Shown: positions 39,711 to 48,681 of the stretch, in pieces
How positions within the stretch are numbered: the first letter of the stretch is position 1
How the letters are laid out: every line of letters starts with the position of its first letter
Assembly: GCA_019358915.1 (NCBI GenBank)
Contig: JAHHIM010000001.1
Span: 192,001 to 256,000 of the forward strand
DNA from: Trichormus sp. ATA11-4-KO1
Lineage (GTDB): Bacteria; Cyanobacteriota; Cyanobacteriia; Cyanobacteriales; Nostocaceae
Direction: 5' to 3'
DNA length: 64,000 nt
Notes under the pieces: generated by a model
Told to the model about the DNA's origin: nothing
Database searches by the model: none
What the model saw: only the letters and a program-made list of their open reading frames with translations
Translations under genes and position numbers: made by a program

Positions 39711-40592
39711 TCAACCAGATACTTTTTTTACTTGGCGTTGAGCAGCAAAAATGCCAGCAAAACCCAGCAGTCCTAAGATTATTGAAGGTTCTGGGACTGA
39801 GGTTGGTGGTACACCTTGGATGTAAACTTCATAATTGCCACTATGTGATACAGCATCACTTTTTTCAGTTAAACCTGAATTTGTAGCTTGAAAACTGAAC
39901 AGGTAGTCTGTTTTGCCTTCATAGGTGTACTTGACGATTTCGCTAGCTTGTATGACGCGACCAGCCAATAGTGGACTGAGATCATTAGGTACAACACCTA
40001 GCAACAGATTGCTAGCATCAAAGTGACCTGCTAACCCAATGCTAATTAAACCACTAGTGTCATCTTGATTGACATAGGAGATATTGGGGTCGCTAAACCG
40101 TTGAAAACCTCCATTACTGACAAAAGTGGTAAACAAACCCTGACCAATGGTTGTCCCGACTAAACTACCAAAACCATTGGCAGATAAAGCTTGATTAAAC
40201 CAATACTGACCAAAGGTTGTTCCTTGGTAGGAACCAGTCCAGTCATCCAAGGTCAAACTACTGAGGGTAAGATTCCTACCACTAATTGTCCCTGCCAAAG
40301 TAGTATTTTTGGTGAAATCAAAACCGAGGGCTTCGCTGCTAGCCCTCAATTCTATGTTGCCCGTGGGACTTGCAGCGTTACCATCTAAAACTCTTTGAAT
40401 ATCATTGGCTGTGGGATTTTCTACCTTAAAAGTTTGAGTACTATTGGAATCATAGACATAAAAATCTTGTGATGCGCTGCCGCCAATATTAGCGCCAGTG
40501 AGGCTTCCGGCTTGAGCTGGGACAGTGGCGATCGCGCTCACACCAACAGCCATTGCAGTGCCAATTATCAGGGTTTGAAAAATCTTTTTCAT
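39711..40592 (-). CDS. PEP-CTERM sorting-domain exoprotein
   Basis: Signal peptide ending PAQA; C-terminal VPEPS + TM + basic tail. Confidence 0.9.
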   Translation of the reverse strand: MKKIFQTLIIGTAMAVGVSAIATVPAQAGSLTGANIGGSASQDFYVYDSNSTQTFKVENPTANDIQRVLDGNAASPTGNIELRASSEALGFDFTKNTTLAGTISGRNLTLSSLTLDDWTGSYQGTTFGQYWFNQALSANGFGSLVGTTIGQGLFTTFVSNGGFQRFSDPNISYVNQDDTSGLISIGLAGHFDASNLLLGVVPNDLSPLLAGRVIQASEIVKYTYEGKTDYLFSFQATNSGLTEKSDAVSHSGNYEVYIQGVPPTSVPEPSIILGLLGFAGIFAAQRQVKKVSG

Positions 40593-40910
40593 CAACAAGT
40601 CTCCATCGGGTTTCAAGTATGGCTTTATACTGCTGCTGATAAATTTGGGTTGGCTTAACTACAAGCTTGAGCTTTTCAACAATACTGCTGCTTGAAGACA
40701 CAACCGTAATTAGTAGCCATATTTAGTAGCTGAGCATACAAACACCAGTCTACGAAACCGGGAGTCTTAATTGGGTAAAGCTACTGTAGATTATCTGTAA
40801 AATTATTACAAGTTTTTTTTTCTAAATTACTACGTTTTATTACTTAGAGAGTTCGGCTATAACTGGAGTAAAAGTTAATTTAAAACTTGTACCCTGGGAG
40901 AATCGATTAA

Positions 40911-42191
40911 CTACAAGAATTGGGCAATTCTCTCAACAGCAGTTTCTAATAAAGGTGGTTCATGCACCAAAGCAAAGCGGACATATCCTTCTCCAGATTT
41001 GCCAAAACCGGCACCAGGGGAAGCGGCTACACCAGTTTGTTTGACTAACTGAGTACAAAATTCCACAGAATTGTGATTCCAAGGCGAGGGTAACTTAGCC
41101 CAAATGTACATTGTGGCCTTGGGAGTAGGTACATACCAACCGATACGGTGCAAGGCAGAAATAAAGCTATCGCGACGTTTACGAAAGGTAGCAACGGCAT
41201 CTGCTACTCCGGTTTGGGGGCCATTCAAGGCAGCGATCGCCCCATTTAAAATTCCCCGATACTGATTAAAATCAACGGCTGCTTTGACTTGGCGTAACGC
41301 CTGAATTAACTGGGCATTGCCGATGGCGTAGCCAATCCGGAAGCCCCCCATATTGTAGGACTTGGAAAGAGTGAAAAATTCAATGGATACACTTTTATCT
41401 GGGTCAGCTTGCAAAACAGAAGGTACTAAGGACGGGGCATAGGGCATCGCTTTTTCCCCCACTCCCCCACTCTCCCACTCCCTACTACCCACGGTCATTG
41501 AGCTTGTCGTTCGCGGAGCGTCTCGAAGAGAAGCGCCCCACTCCCTACTTTCCGCAAACACCAAATCCACGTAGGGAAAATCGTGAACTAAGACGATATT
41601 ATGTTGCTGACAGAAGGCTACAGCTTCTTGGAAAAAAGCTAAAGGAGCGATCGCCGCAGTCGGATTATGAGGATAGCTCAATACCATCATCCGCGATTGA
41701 GCCAAAACATCTGGGGGAATATCAGCAAATACTGGTAAAAAATTGTTTTCTGACCGTAGTGGCATTGAGTAGATTTGACCACTAGCTAAGTAAACTCCCC
41801 CGGCATGAGATGGGTAGCCCGGATCAAGCAATAAAGCAAAATCTCCGGGGTTAAGCAGAGCTAAAGGTAGATGGGCAGTACCTTCTTGGGAACCAATCAG
41901 AGGCAGTACCTCAGTTTCTGGGTCTACTTTGATGCCAAATTTTTTTGCGTACCAGTTAGCTGCGGCTTGGCGAAATGCTTGAGTGCCATGAAACAGCAAG
42001 TAGCCGTGGGTACTTGGATCATCAAGAGACTGAGCGATCGCCTCGATGACGTGCGCTTGTGCTGGTAAATCAGAAGACCCCAAAGACAAATCAATTAACT
42101 GTCTTCCTGCTGATAGAGCCACAGCCTTGGCTTTGTCCATATCAGCAAATACATTAGATTGCAGGGGTTGTAAACGCTTAGCAAACTGCAT
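40911..42191 (-). CDS. Class I/II PLP aminotransferase (LL-DAP aminotransferase-like) with a repeat-derived insert
   Basis: YPHNPT, HDFPY and LSKSYNMGGFRIG motifs. Confidence 0.9.
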   Translation of the reverse strand: MQFAKRLQPLQSNVFADMDKAKAVALSAGRQLIDLSLGSSDLPAQAHVIEAIAQSLDDPSTHGYLLFHGTQAFRQAAANWYAKKFGIKVDPETEVLPLIGSQEGTAHLPLALLNPGDFALLLDPGYPSHAGGVYLASGQIYSMPLRSENNFLPVFADIPPDVLAQSRMMVLSYPHNPTAAIAPLAFFQEAVAFCQQHNIVLVHDFPYVDLVFAESREWGASLRDAPRTTSSMTVGSREWESGGVGEKAMPYAPSLVPSVLQADPDKSVSIEFFTLSKSYNMGGFRIGYAIGNAQLIQALRQVKAAVDFNQYRGILNGAIAALNGPQTGVADAVATFRKRRDSFISALHRIGWYVPTPKATMYIWAKLPSPWNHNSVEFCTQLVKQTGVAASPGAGFGKSGEGYVRFALVHEPPLLETAVERIAQFL

Positions 42192-42262
42192 TTTAGTTAT
42201 TAGTCAACAATCGTTAGTAATTAGTCGTTAGTCTTGAGTCAGCATGGACTATTGACTACAGA

Positions 42263-42598
42263 CTAATTACTACTTAAGTGTGTATCTAAGAGGTCGAGTA
42301 ACTTTTCTTTGCCAATTACTCCCTCAGTGGATACTATTAACTCTTCTCCCTGAACTAGCCTGAGGGCTGGTACACCTTCTACCTGGTATTGCTTCACAGT
42401 TATAGGATTGGGATCGACTTCTATTTTAACGACTTTGAGGCGATCGCTGTATTTAGTAGCAACTAAGTTAATCAGTGGCGACATTAATTGACACGGCCCA
42501 CACCAGGAAGCCCAAAAGTAAACCAATACAGGCTGCTCGGCTTGCAAAACTTCGGTTTCAAACTCACCATCAGTTATGGTGATTACGCCCTTACTCAT
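42263..42598 (-). CDS. Thioredoxin (probably x-type)
   Basis: WCGPC active site; start MSKGV. Confidence 0.92.
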   Translation of the reverse strand: MSKGVITITDGEFETEVLQAEQPVLVYFWASWCGPCQLMSPLINLVATKYSDRLKVVKIEVDPNPITVKQYQVEGVPALRLVQGEELIVSTEGVIGKEKLLDLLDTHLSSN

Positions 42599-42751
42599 TA
42601 CAGTCTCCATGTAGGTGGCATCGATCAAAGTTGGCACACAGAATACTCTATCTTAAAAGTGCTTCCTCCCTGAATTCTGAGTTTTGAGTAATGAAGCAAA
42701 ATCCCACAACCAACAGGCGTGGGACTAGCTCAGACAAATGTTTTAACAAAG

Positions 42752-43525
42752 TTACATTTGATCCAATTGCTTGCGTAGGGATTCTAATTCGGAATCAACC
42801 ACTTCATTAGATTTAGGAGCGCTGCTTTGTTGTTCTGGTGGCAGTTGAGCTTGGTTGGGTGCAGCCGCAGGTGGTAGCATCTGGGCTTTTAAGGCTGCCA
42901 ATTCATCATCAACATCGCTACTTTCTAACTGAGCAAATTGGCTCTCTAAATCTGTACCTGCCAATTCTGCTGCTGATTGGGCACGAGCTTCTTGCATCAT
43001 CACTTTTTCTTCCATGCGCTCGAAAGCCGCCATGGCGCTGCTACTATTCATCCCGCGCACCATGCCTTCAAGTTGCTCTTGGGCTTTGGCGGTGGTAATT
43101 CGAGCTTTGAGCATTTCTTTTTTGGTTTTAGCCTCAGAAATCTTGCTTTCTAGCTGAATTAAGTTGCGTTTGAGGGTTTCAACTTGAGTTGATTGCTGAT
43201 CTAAGCTAGTTTTCAGGGCGACGCTAGTATCAGTAAAAGTCTTTTTACGTTCTAGGGCTTGCCTTGCTAGGTTTTCATCACCTTTTTGCAGCGCTAATTG
43301 GGCATTGCGTTGCCACTTATTGATTTCATTTTGGGCATCATTGTATTGTTTTTCTGTCCGTTTTTGGGCAGCGATCGCCTGAGCTACTCCCTGACGCAAC
43401 TGTACCAAGTCTTCCTGCATTTCCAGGATGGCTTGCTCTAGCATTTTTTCGGGATCTTCAGCTTTATTCACCAAGTCGTTGAGGTTAGCACTGACTACTC
43501 GTCTAATACGATCAAATAATCCCAT
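42752..43525 (-). CDS. vipp1: Vipp1/IM30 (PspA family with C-terminal extension)
   Basis: MGLFDR...EDPEKMLEQ; extra C-terminal helix VDSELESLRKQLDQM. Confidence 0.9.
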   Translation of the reverse strand: MGLFDRIRRVVSANLNDLVNKAEDPEKMLEQAILEMQEDLVQLRQGVAQAIAAQKRTEKQYNDAQNEINKWQRNAQLALQKGDENLARQALERKKTFTDTSVALKTSLDQQSTQVETLKRNLIQLESKISEAKTKKEMLKARITTAKAQEQLEGMVRGMNSSSAMAAFERMEEKVMMQEARAQSAAELAGTDLESQFAQLESSDVDDELAALKAQMLPPAAAPNQAQLPPEQQSSAPKSNEVVDSELESLRKQLDQM

Positions 43526-43775
43526 AATTTTGTTTTTCCTTTTGGAGTTTACGCGCTTTGTTGAACAGTTCGCTTTTTTACTATTTAATAGCTTCCTATT
43601 TCAATGTAATCTTTCCAGTTTGGTTCGGTACCTCCCGACACCCATTAATTTTTCAGATATAGTAGTTGCCACGTAATTTAGGACATATAATCATCAAACC
43701 CAGACACCAAGAGATTTTCCCGCCTGTTCCCTGTTATATATCCTAGCTGTGGTAATTGCCCAATCTGCCAAGCTT

Positions 43776-44474
43776 TTAACTTTCGGGTAACTTTTGTTGC
43801 TGTGTGTTTCCTCCTTCATTTAAAACCTGCACTTTCATAGCTGCTAGTTCCGTATCGATATCATTAGCCGATTCTAGAGTTTCAAATTGTTTTTGCAGGT
43901 CGTCGCTACCAAGTTGAGCGATCGCTTCTGACTGCGCTTCGATTTGCAAAACTTTGTCTTCCATGCGCTCAAAAGCATTGAGACTGCTCGTAGCAGAAGT
44001 ACTATCAAGCATTTCTTGCAGTCGATAAGAAGCCTCTGCCGAACGGGCGCGGGCAATATACATATCTTTTTTAGTTTTTGCCTCGGATATTTTTAACTCT
44101 AGCGATCGCATATCTTTTTTCAGCCTAGCTACCACATCGTTTTGCTGTTCTATTTGACTAGATAAGGCTGTGGCAGTTTCTTGATAGGCTTTGCGTTTTG
44201 TCAAAGCTTCCCGTGCTAGAGGTTCATTACCTTGTTGTAGTGCCAGTTGAGCGCGGCGATACCATTCTTCTGCTGTTGATTGAGCAGCCCCTGCTTGCCG
44301 TTCAGTGCGTTTTTGGGTAGCGATCGCTTGCGCTACCCCCTGTCGTAATCGCACTAAGTTTTCCTGCATCTCCAGCACGGCTTGTTCTAAAATCTTTTCA
44401 GGATCTTCTGCACTGCCTATTAAACTATTGAGGTTAGCGCGAATTATCCGCAGGATACGCTTGATCAGTTCCAT
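43776..44474 (-). CDS. pspA: PspA/IM30-family paralogue
   Basis: EDPEKILEQ and AFERMEDKV; lacks the Vipp1 terminal helix. Confidence 0.85.
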   Translation of the reverse strand: MELIKRILRIIRANLNSLIGSAEDPEKILEQAVLEMQENLVRLRQGVAQAIATQKRTERQAGAAQSTAEEWYRRAQLALQQGNEPLAREALTKRKAYQETATALSSQIEQQNDVVARLKKDMRSLELKISEAKTKKDMYIARARSAEASYRLQEMLDSTSATSSLNAFERMEDKVLQIEAQSEAIAQLGSDDLQKQFETLESANDIDTELAAMKVQVLNEGGNTQQQKLPES

Positions 44475-44510
44475 GTCGGCTCTCCATTTACCTTACTCAG
44501 TGCTGAGTGC

Positions 44511-44537
44511 GCTTGCCCTGAGCGAAGTCGAAGGGGA
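44511..44537. repeat. 27-nt small dispersed repeat (copy 2)
   Basis: GCTTGCCCTGAGCGAAGTCGAAGGGGA in a GTGCTGA tract. Confidence 0.8.
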
Positions 44538-44655
44538 GCGCTGAGTGCTGAGTGAAATACAAATCAGTACTCTTCATTAATTTTTGATGTTTGCTAGTCA
44601 ACAGGTAGAGCATTTTTTTAGCTGTTTTTCTCATCCTATCTTAGATTTTTGCAAC

Positions 44656-45885
44656 TCATGGCTGCTGAATCCTCGCTTTGATTCCCTTTGCTTGTAGCTG
44701 TTGCACCTTTTGCTGTGCTTCTGCTTGCGTCTTCACTGCACCCAGATAAATCAAAGTTTTTCCAGGTGATAAATAAGCATCGGCAACTACTTTTTGGGCA
44801 GTGGCGAGAGCGCGATCGCCTTGATTGTCTGTCACTATATGATAAAACCCATCTGCTGCTGGTGTGATTTGGGCATTAACATTTGGTGGAGTTGTCGTCG
44901 CCTGGGGTGAGGGTTGTACTGTTGCAGGTGAAGGCGAATCTAGGGGAGGTAAGGGCTGTGATTGTGGTAATGAGTTGACAACTGGAGGAATTATGGGTGA
45001 TGGGGTAATTATCGGACTGGGTATTGGTTGAACCTTGGGTTGTAAACCAACTACATCTGTCGGGTCTCTCACCTCAGGAAATTCTTTAGCAGCTAAATTG
45101 GGATACTTAGGTATGGGTGTGAGTTCTGGCTTGACCTGAGGTTGGGTATTACTTCCCACTTGCTCAATATTTTCCCCATCGGGAGATGAATTGCTGGGAA
45201 ACAGTCTTGCTAAATTAAACTGAGACCAGCCTTGAGAATTAGGATTAAACACCACGTAACCCAGGGTCAGGCTTGCCAATAATAGCAGCAACATCGAACC
45301 GATACCCAGAGGAGATAACAGAGTCTCATTGGCATTGCTGGGCTTCTCTGTTTGTGTTTGTTCATCTGTCAGACTTCGCAGTAGTGCTTCACTCGATTCC
45401 AAGTAGTCATCTGGCTGTGAGGTGTCGTTTGCTTGGGCGAGATTTTCACTTTGATGAGCATTAACGACTGTAGGCACAATGCTACTTTGAGCGTTTGATG
45501 AGGGCTTTTGTGTTTTGTTAGACTCAGTATTGGTGGGTACGTTGAAAGAATTAACTGCCTCTGTTGTTGCAGTGGGTGGTGCTGGATGCTCCTGAGGAGT
45601 TTCATTAAGTATAAATGCCGGAGTAGTATTAGTATTAATTTCTGCAACAGATAACGGAGTTTGACCATCTGTTGCAGTAGCATCCATCAAATCCTGAGAT
45701 TGATTACCGATGTAACTTCCCATACGGGATTGATTTGGCATCCTCACGCCTATGCGTGTGCGTCGGTATCGGGCTAACTCTTGGTCTAGCGGCACTTCTA
45801 AACTCGCCAGTGCTGCCGCTAATTCTGGTTTTAACCCAGATACTTTAGATGATTGAGTACCGGAATCTATCGGATTTTGACTCAT
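44656..45885 (-). CDS. Single-TM Pro-rich protein with possible C-terminal SPOR-like domain
   Basis: TM at LLSPLGIGSMLLLLLASLTLGYVVF; C-terminal IYLGA...EAQQKVQQLQAKGI.A. Confidence 0.65.
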   Translation of the reverse strand: MSQNPIDSGTQSSKVSGLKPELAAALASLEVPLDQELARYRRTRIGVRMPNQSRMGSYIGNQSQDLMDATATDGQTPLSVAEINTNTTPAFILNETPQEHPAPPTATTEAVNSFNVPTNTESNKTQKPSSNAQSSIVPTVVNAHQSENLAQANDTSQPDDYLESSEALLRSLTDEQTQTEKPSNANETLLSPLGIGSMLLLLLASLTLGYVVFNPNSQGWSQFNLARLFPSNSSPDGENIEQVGSNTQPQVKPELTPIPKYPNLAAKEFPEVRDPTDVVGLQPKVQPIPSPIITPSPIIPPVVNSLPQSQPLPPLDSPSPATVQPSPQATTTPPNVNAQITPAADGFYHIVTDNQGDRALATAQKVVADAYLSPGKTLIYLGAVKTQAEAQQKVQQLQAKGIKARIQQP

Positions 45886-46018
45886 TACCTCTCTGCCTCA
45901 AACCTAGACTACTGGATTAACTTTGGATACATTTGAGCCAATACTAGCGAAAATTATTTGATACTTATACACCCGCAAAAGTCTTTTTGCTTACACTCAG
46001 CACTCAGCACTTGCAAAA

Positions 46019-46615
46019 ATGTCGTTGAAATCAGTTAATGATATTTTAGGCGTTTTGGAACAGCAGGCTAAATGGCAAGAACAACCATTTCAGCAGTTAC
46101 TCCAGATTTGGCCAGAAGTTGTCGGTTCAGTGGTGGCTGCCCATACGCGACCATTGTCAATTCAACGTAATGTTTTATGGGTGGCAACTTCTAGCGCTGC
46201 TTGGGCGCAAAACATGACTTTTGGACGCCAGACCCTGCTTTTCAAGTTAAATCAAAAGCTGCCCAAGCCTTTGGCAGATATTCGCTTCTCTACTGCTAGT
46301 TGGCAACTTCCTCCCCAGGTGGAACAGCAACCAACGGTTTTGCCACAAGAACATCCCAGTTATCTAGGTGATGTCAATAGCTTCCGCCGTGATGTTACGC
46401 CCCATATTAACAACGCGAATACTGCTTTTGGATCTTGGGCAAAGACAATGCAAGCGCGATCGCATAATTTACCTCTTTGTCCTCAATGCCAATGTCCCAC
46501 CCCACCCGGTGAACTCCAGCGCTGGCATGTCTGTTCTATTTGTGCTGCCAAGCAGTTGTCAATTCAGAAGGCAGAAGGCAGGAGGCAGAAGGCAGAAGGG
46601 AACCCACGTTTTTAA
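46019..46615 (+). CDS. DciA/DUF721-family protein with C-terminal Zn finger
   Basis: W.EVVG..VA.HTRP, L.VATSSAAWAQ and DIRF; CPQC...CSIC. Confidence 0.85.
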   Translation: MSLKSVNDILGVLEQQAKWQEQPFQQLLQIWPEVVGSVVAAHTRPLSIQRNVLWVATSSAAWAQNMTFGRQTLLFKLNQKLPKPLADIRFSTASWQLPPQVEQQPTVLPQEHPSYLGDVNSFRRDVTPHINNANTAFGSWAKTMQARSHNLPLCPQCQCPTPPGELQRWHVCSICAAKQLSIQKAEGRRQKAEGNPRF

Positions 46616-46683
46616 ACGTGGGATTGAAGTAAGGACACCTTGTGTCTCGTGGCACTTGCCGCTCGACACAAATCTTTTTATAC

Positions 46684-46848
46684 TAAGTAGGACGGCGTAA
46701 ATAATTAAAGGTTTGTAGTCGGGACTTTAGTCCTGAATTAAGGGCTGTACTGCTTCGCAGAACCCGTAGGGTAGCCCTTACTACGAGCTAAATTATGATA
46801 ATTTTACATTGCTTCACATAGTTAAATTTATTCCCGCCAACTTACTTA
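46684..46848. mobile_element. MITE related to family B (165 bp)
   Basis: TIRs TAAGTAGGACGGCGTAAATAA / TTATTCCCGCCAACTTACTTA; right end shares ACATAGTT with family B. Confidence 0.7.
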
Positions 46849-46895
46849 GTGGGCTTTAGACCCACAACTAAAGTTTTTATTAATACTTCTTTTCT

Positions 46896-47037
46896 TCTGA
46901 CTTGAAAGTGCTGAGTGCGCTTGTCCTGAGCGAAGTCGAAGGGGAGTACTGAGTGCTGAGTAAAAATTCCAGTCTCTAGCTTCTAGTCTCTCTTTCATAC
47001 TTGGCTGTGAAACTCGTTTCATCGGAACTGCCCTCTG
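46896..47037. repeat. Composite dispersed repeat, copy 2 (contains the 27-nt repeat copy 3 at 46919-46945)
   Basis: Collinear with 5138-5292. Confidence 0.75.
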
Positions 47038-47148
47038 TCCTCTGCCTTTTGAGAGGGTCACCTGAAATCAAATCTGCCAGAAAAGCTATTAACTGGGTAA
47101 ATTGGGATATAGAACCAGAAAAATTTTCTGTGCAAACCTGACCCGGAA

Positions 47149-47643
47149 ATGGTAATGAACAACTATTATCAAGATTTTTTGATTCGTAACTGGGAGATGA
47201 GCGATCGCACCAGAGCCGCTTCTGTCATCAGTTACGTTTTATCAGAATATGGTCTGGGTTGGGAACCCAATGGCGCAGACAAAGATGTGCTGCAAGTAGA
47301 AGAATTTTACCTAGCAACTGGTGGCGAGTTTTGGGTAATTGAACACCAAAGCCAGTTAGTAGGTACTGGGGCATACTACCCGATCAAACGTGGTAAAAAA
47401 GCTGTAGAAATTCGCAAAATGTATCTTTTATCAAGCGTTAGGGGTTTAGGATTAGGAAAGTATTTATTACAACAGTTAGAAGCCGCGATCGCTGCTCGTG
47501 GTTTTCAGCAAATTTGGATTGAAACTGCCAGTGTTTTGGTGGAAGCAGTCAAGTTGTATGAAAGCAACGGTTACAAACCAGCAACGGGAGTCGAAACAAC
47601 ACGCTGCGATCGCGTGTATGTGAAATTCCTCAACCAGCCTTAA
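47149..47643 (+). CDS. GNAT N-acetyltransferase
   Basis: EIRKMYL..SVRGLGLG and AVKLYE.NGY motifs. Confidence 0.9.
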   Translation: MVMNNYYQDFLIRNWEMSDRTRAASVISYVLSEYGLGWEPNGADKDVLQVEEFYLATGGEFWVIEHQSQLVGTGAYYPIKRGKKAVEIRKMYLLSSVRGLGLGKYLLQQLEAAIAARGFQQIWIETASVLVEAVKLYESNGYKPATGVETTRCDRVYVKFLNQP

Positions 47644-47714
47644 ATACCAACTTGGTGTTTTCTGCCAGCGCCATTATTCAATACCGCCAGTTACCTGTGC
47701 AGGAAAACCCGTTT

Positions 47715-47957
47715 TCAATGCTGACTCCTCAGAACTTTTTTTAAGTTATGAGGTGGTTGATGACTTAGTTTGTAACTAGACAAGCAGGCTTCAAGATAAG
47801 GACAGTCTTCACACTTAAGCTCTTTTCCTGGATTGGCACAGCCACAGGGAACATTGACGAAACATTCATCAGGATTTTGAGGGGGTGAATATTTTTTAAA
47901 TATAAAATATACAGCAGCTTCTTTTAGACAAAAAAGAATGTCTTGCACCATAAACAA
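47715..47957 (-). CDS. Small Cys-rich hypothetical protein
   Basis: C-x5-CGC-x8-CEDC-x5-C cluster. Confidence 0.55.
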   Translation of the reverse strand: MFMVQDILFCLKEAAVYFIFKKYSPPQNPDECFVNVPCGCANPGKELKCEDCPYLEACLSSYKLSHQPPHNLKKVLRSQH

Positions 47958-48002
47958 CCTAGTTGAATTAAGTTTGAGTAATGAATGATTAAAGTGTAAA
48001 TT

Positions 48003-48200
48003 TTAAACTACAGACCACCGATTCCAGGCTGAAATTTTATCTTCTACTACAAATTGTCTCTTTTGGGAATTGACAGTTTCCGCTACTAAAACTTTCAGAG
48101 TTATGGTTTGGATATTATTAATGATTTGATGTCCGTAACCGATGACTTTCCCCAGATGTCCTGTTTGTTGATTTAGCACATAATCACCAATGGTGAACAT
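48003..48200 (-). CDS. Small hypothetical protein (SH3/KOW-like pattern)
   Basis: F.IGDYV....TG..GKVIGYG beta-barrel pattern. Confidence 0.6.
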   Translation of the reverse strand: MFTIGDYVLNQQTGHLGKVIGYGHQIINNIQTITLKVLVAETVNSQKRQFVVEDKISAWNRWSVV

Positions 48201-48681
48201 AATTACACGATCAAAGCTTAATTTATTTCTACCTAACTTGAAAAACTAGCTCTTTTTCATTCGTTCTAGTGTATGTAGTTCATGATGGCTACTTAGATGA
48301 TTCTTAATTACATTTTTAATTTTCTGTACCCTAATCATGATAAACTTCATACCGAGGGAATGTTTTAGTTTAGACTTAAGTAATAGCTTATATTCACGTA
48401 GTTTATCACTTTGGACATAACAAAATATAGCTTGCCAATCAACCCTAAGTTGTCCCCTTCCGTGTCGCGAAAGGAGACATGATTCACCCCAGTCAAATTG
48501 TTGTAGTACTTGGTGAGATTGATTACTTTTGAAGTGGATTGAGAACTATGCGCTCAAAGGAGTTGAGTCTTCTAAGGAAAACTTTTGCTATTAGCCATAG
48601 GTTAAAATGTTTTGGCTCAATGCCATCTTCATCAAGAAATGGTATGACTACAAACAAGCAGGTGTATTGACGAGTTACTTA

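Noticed and set aside
40796..40810. NtcA site upstream of the PEP-CTERM gene
   Set aside because: Spacing is GTA-N7-TAC, not the N8 consensus.
42752..44474. Tandem PspA-family paralogues as a novelty
   Set aside because: A vipp1 + pspA pair is a known arrangement in cyanobacteria.
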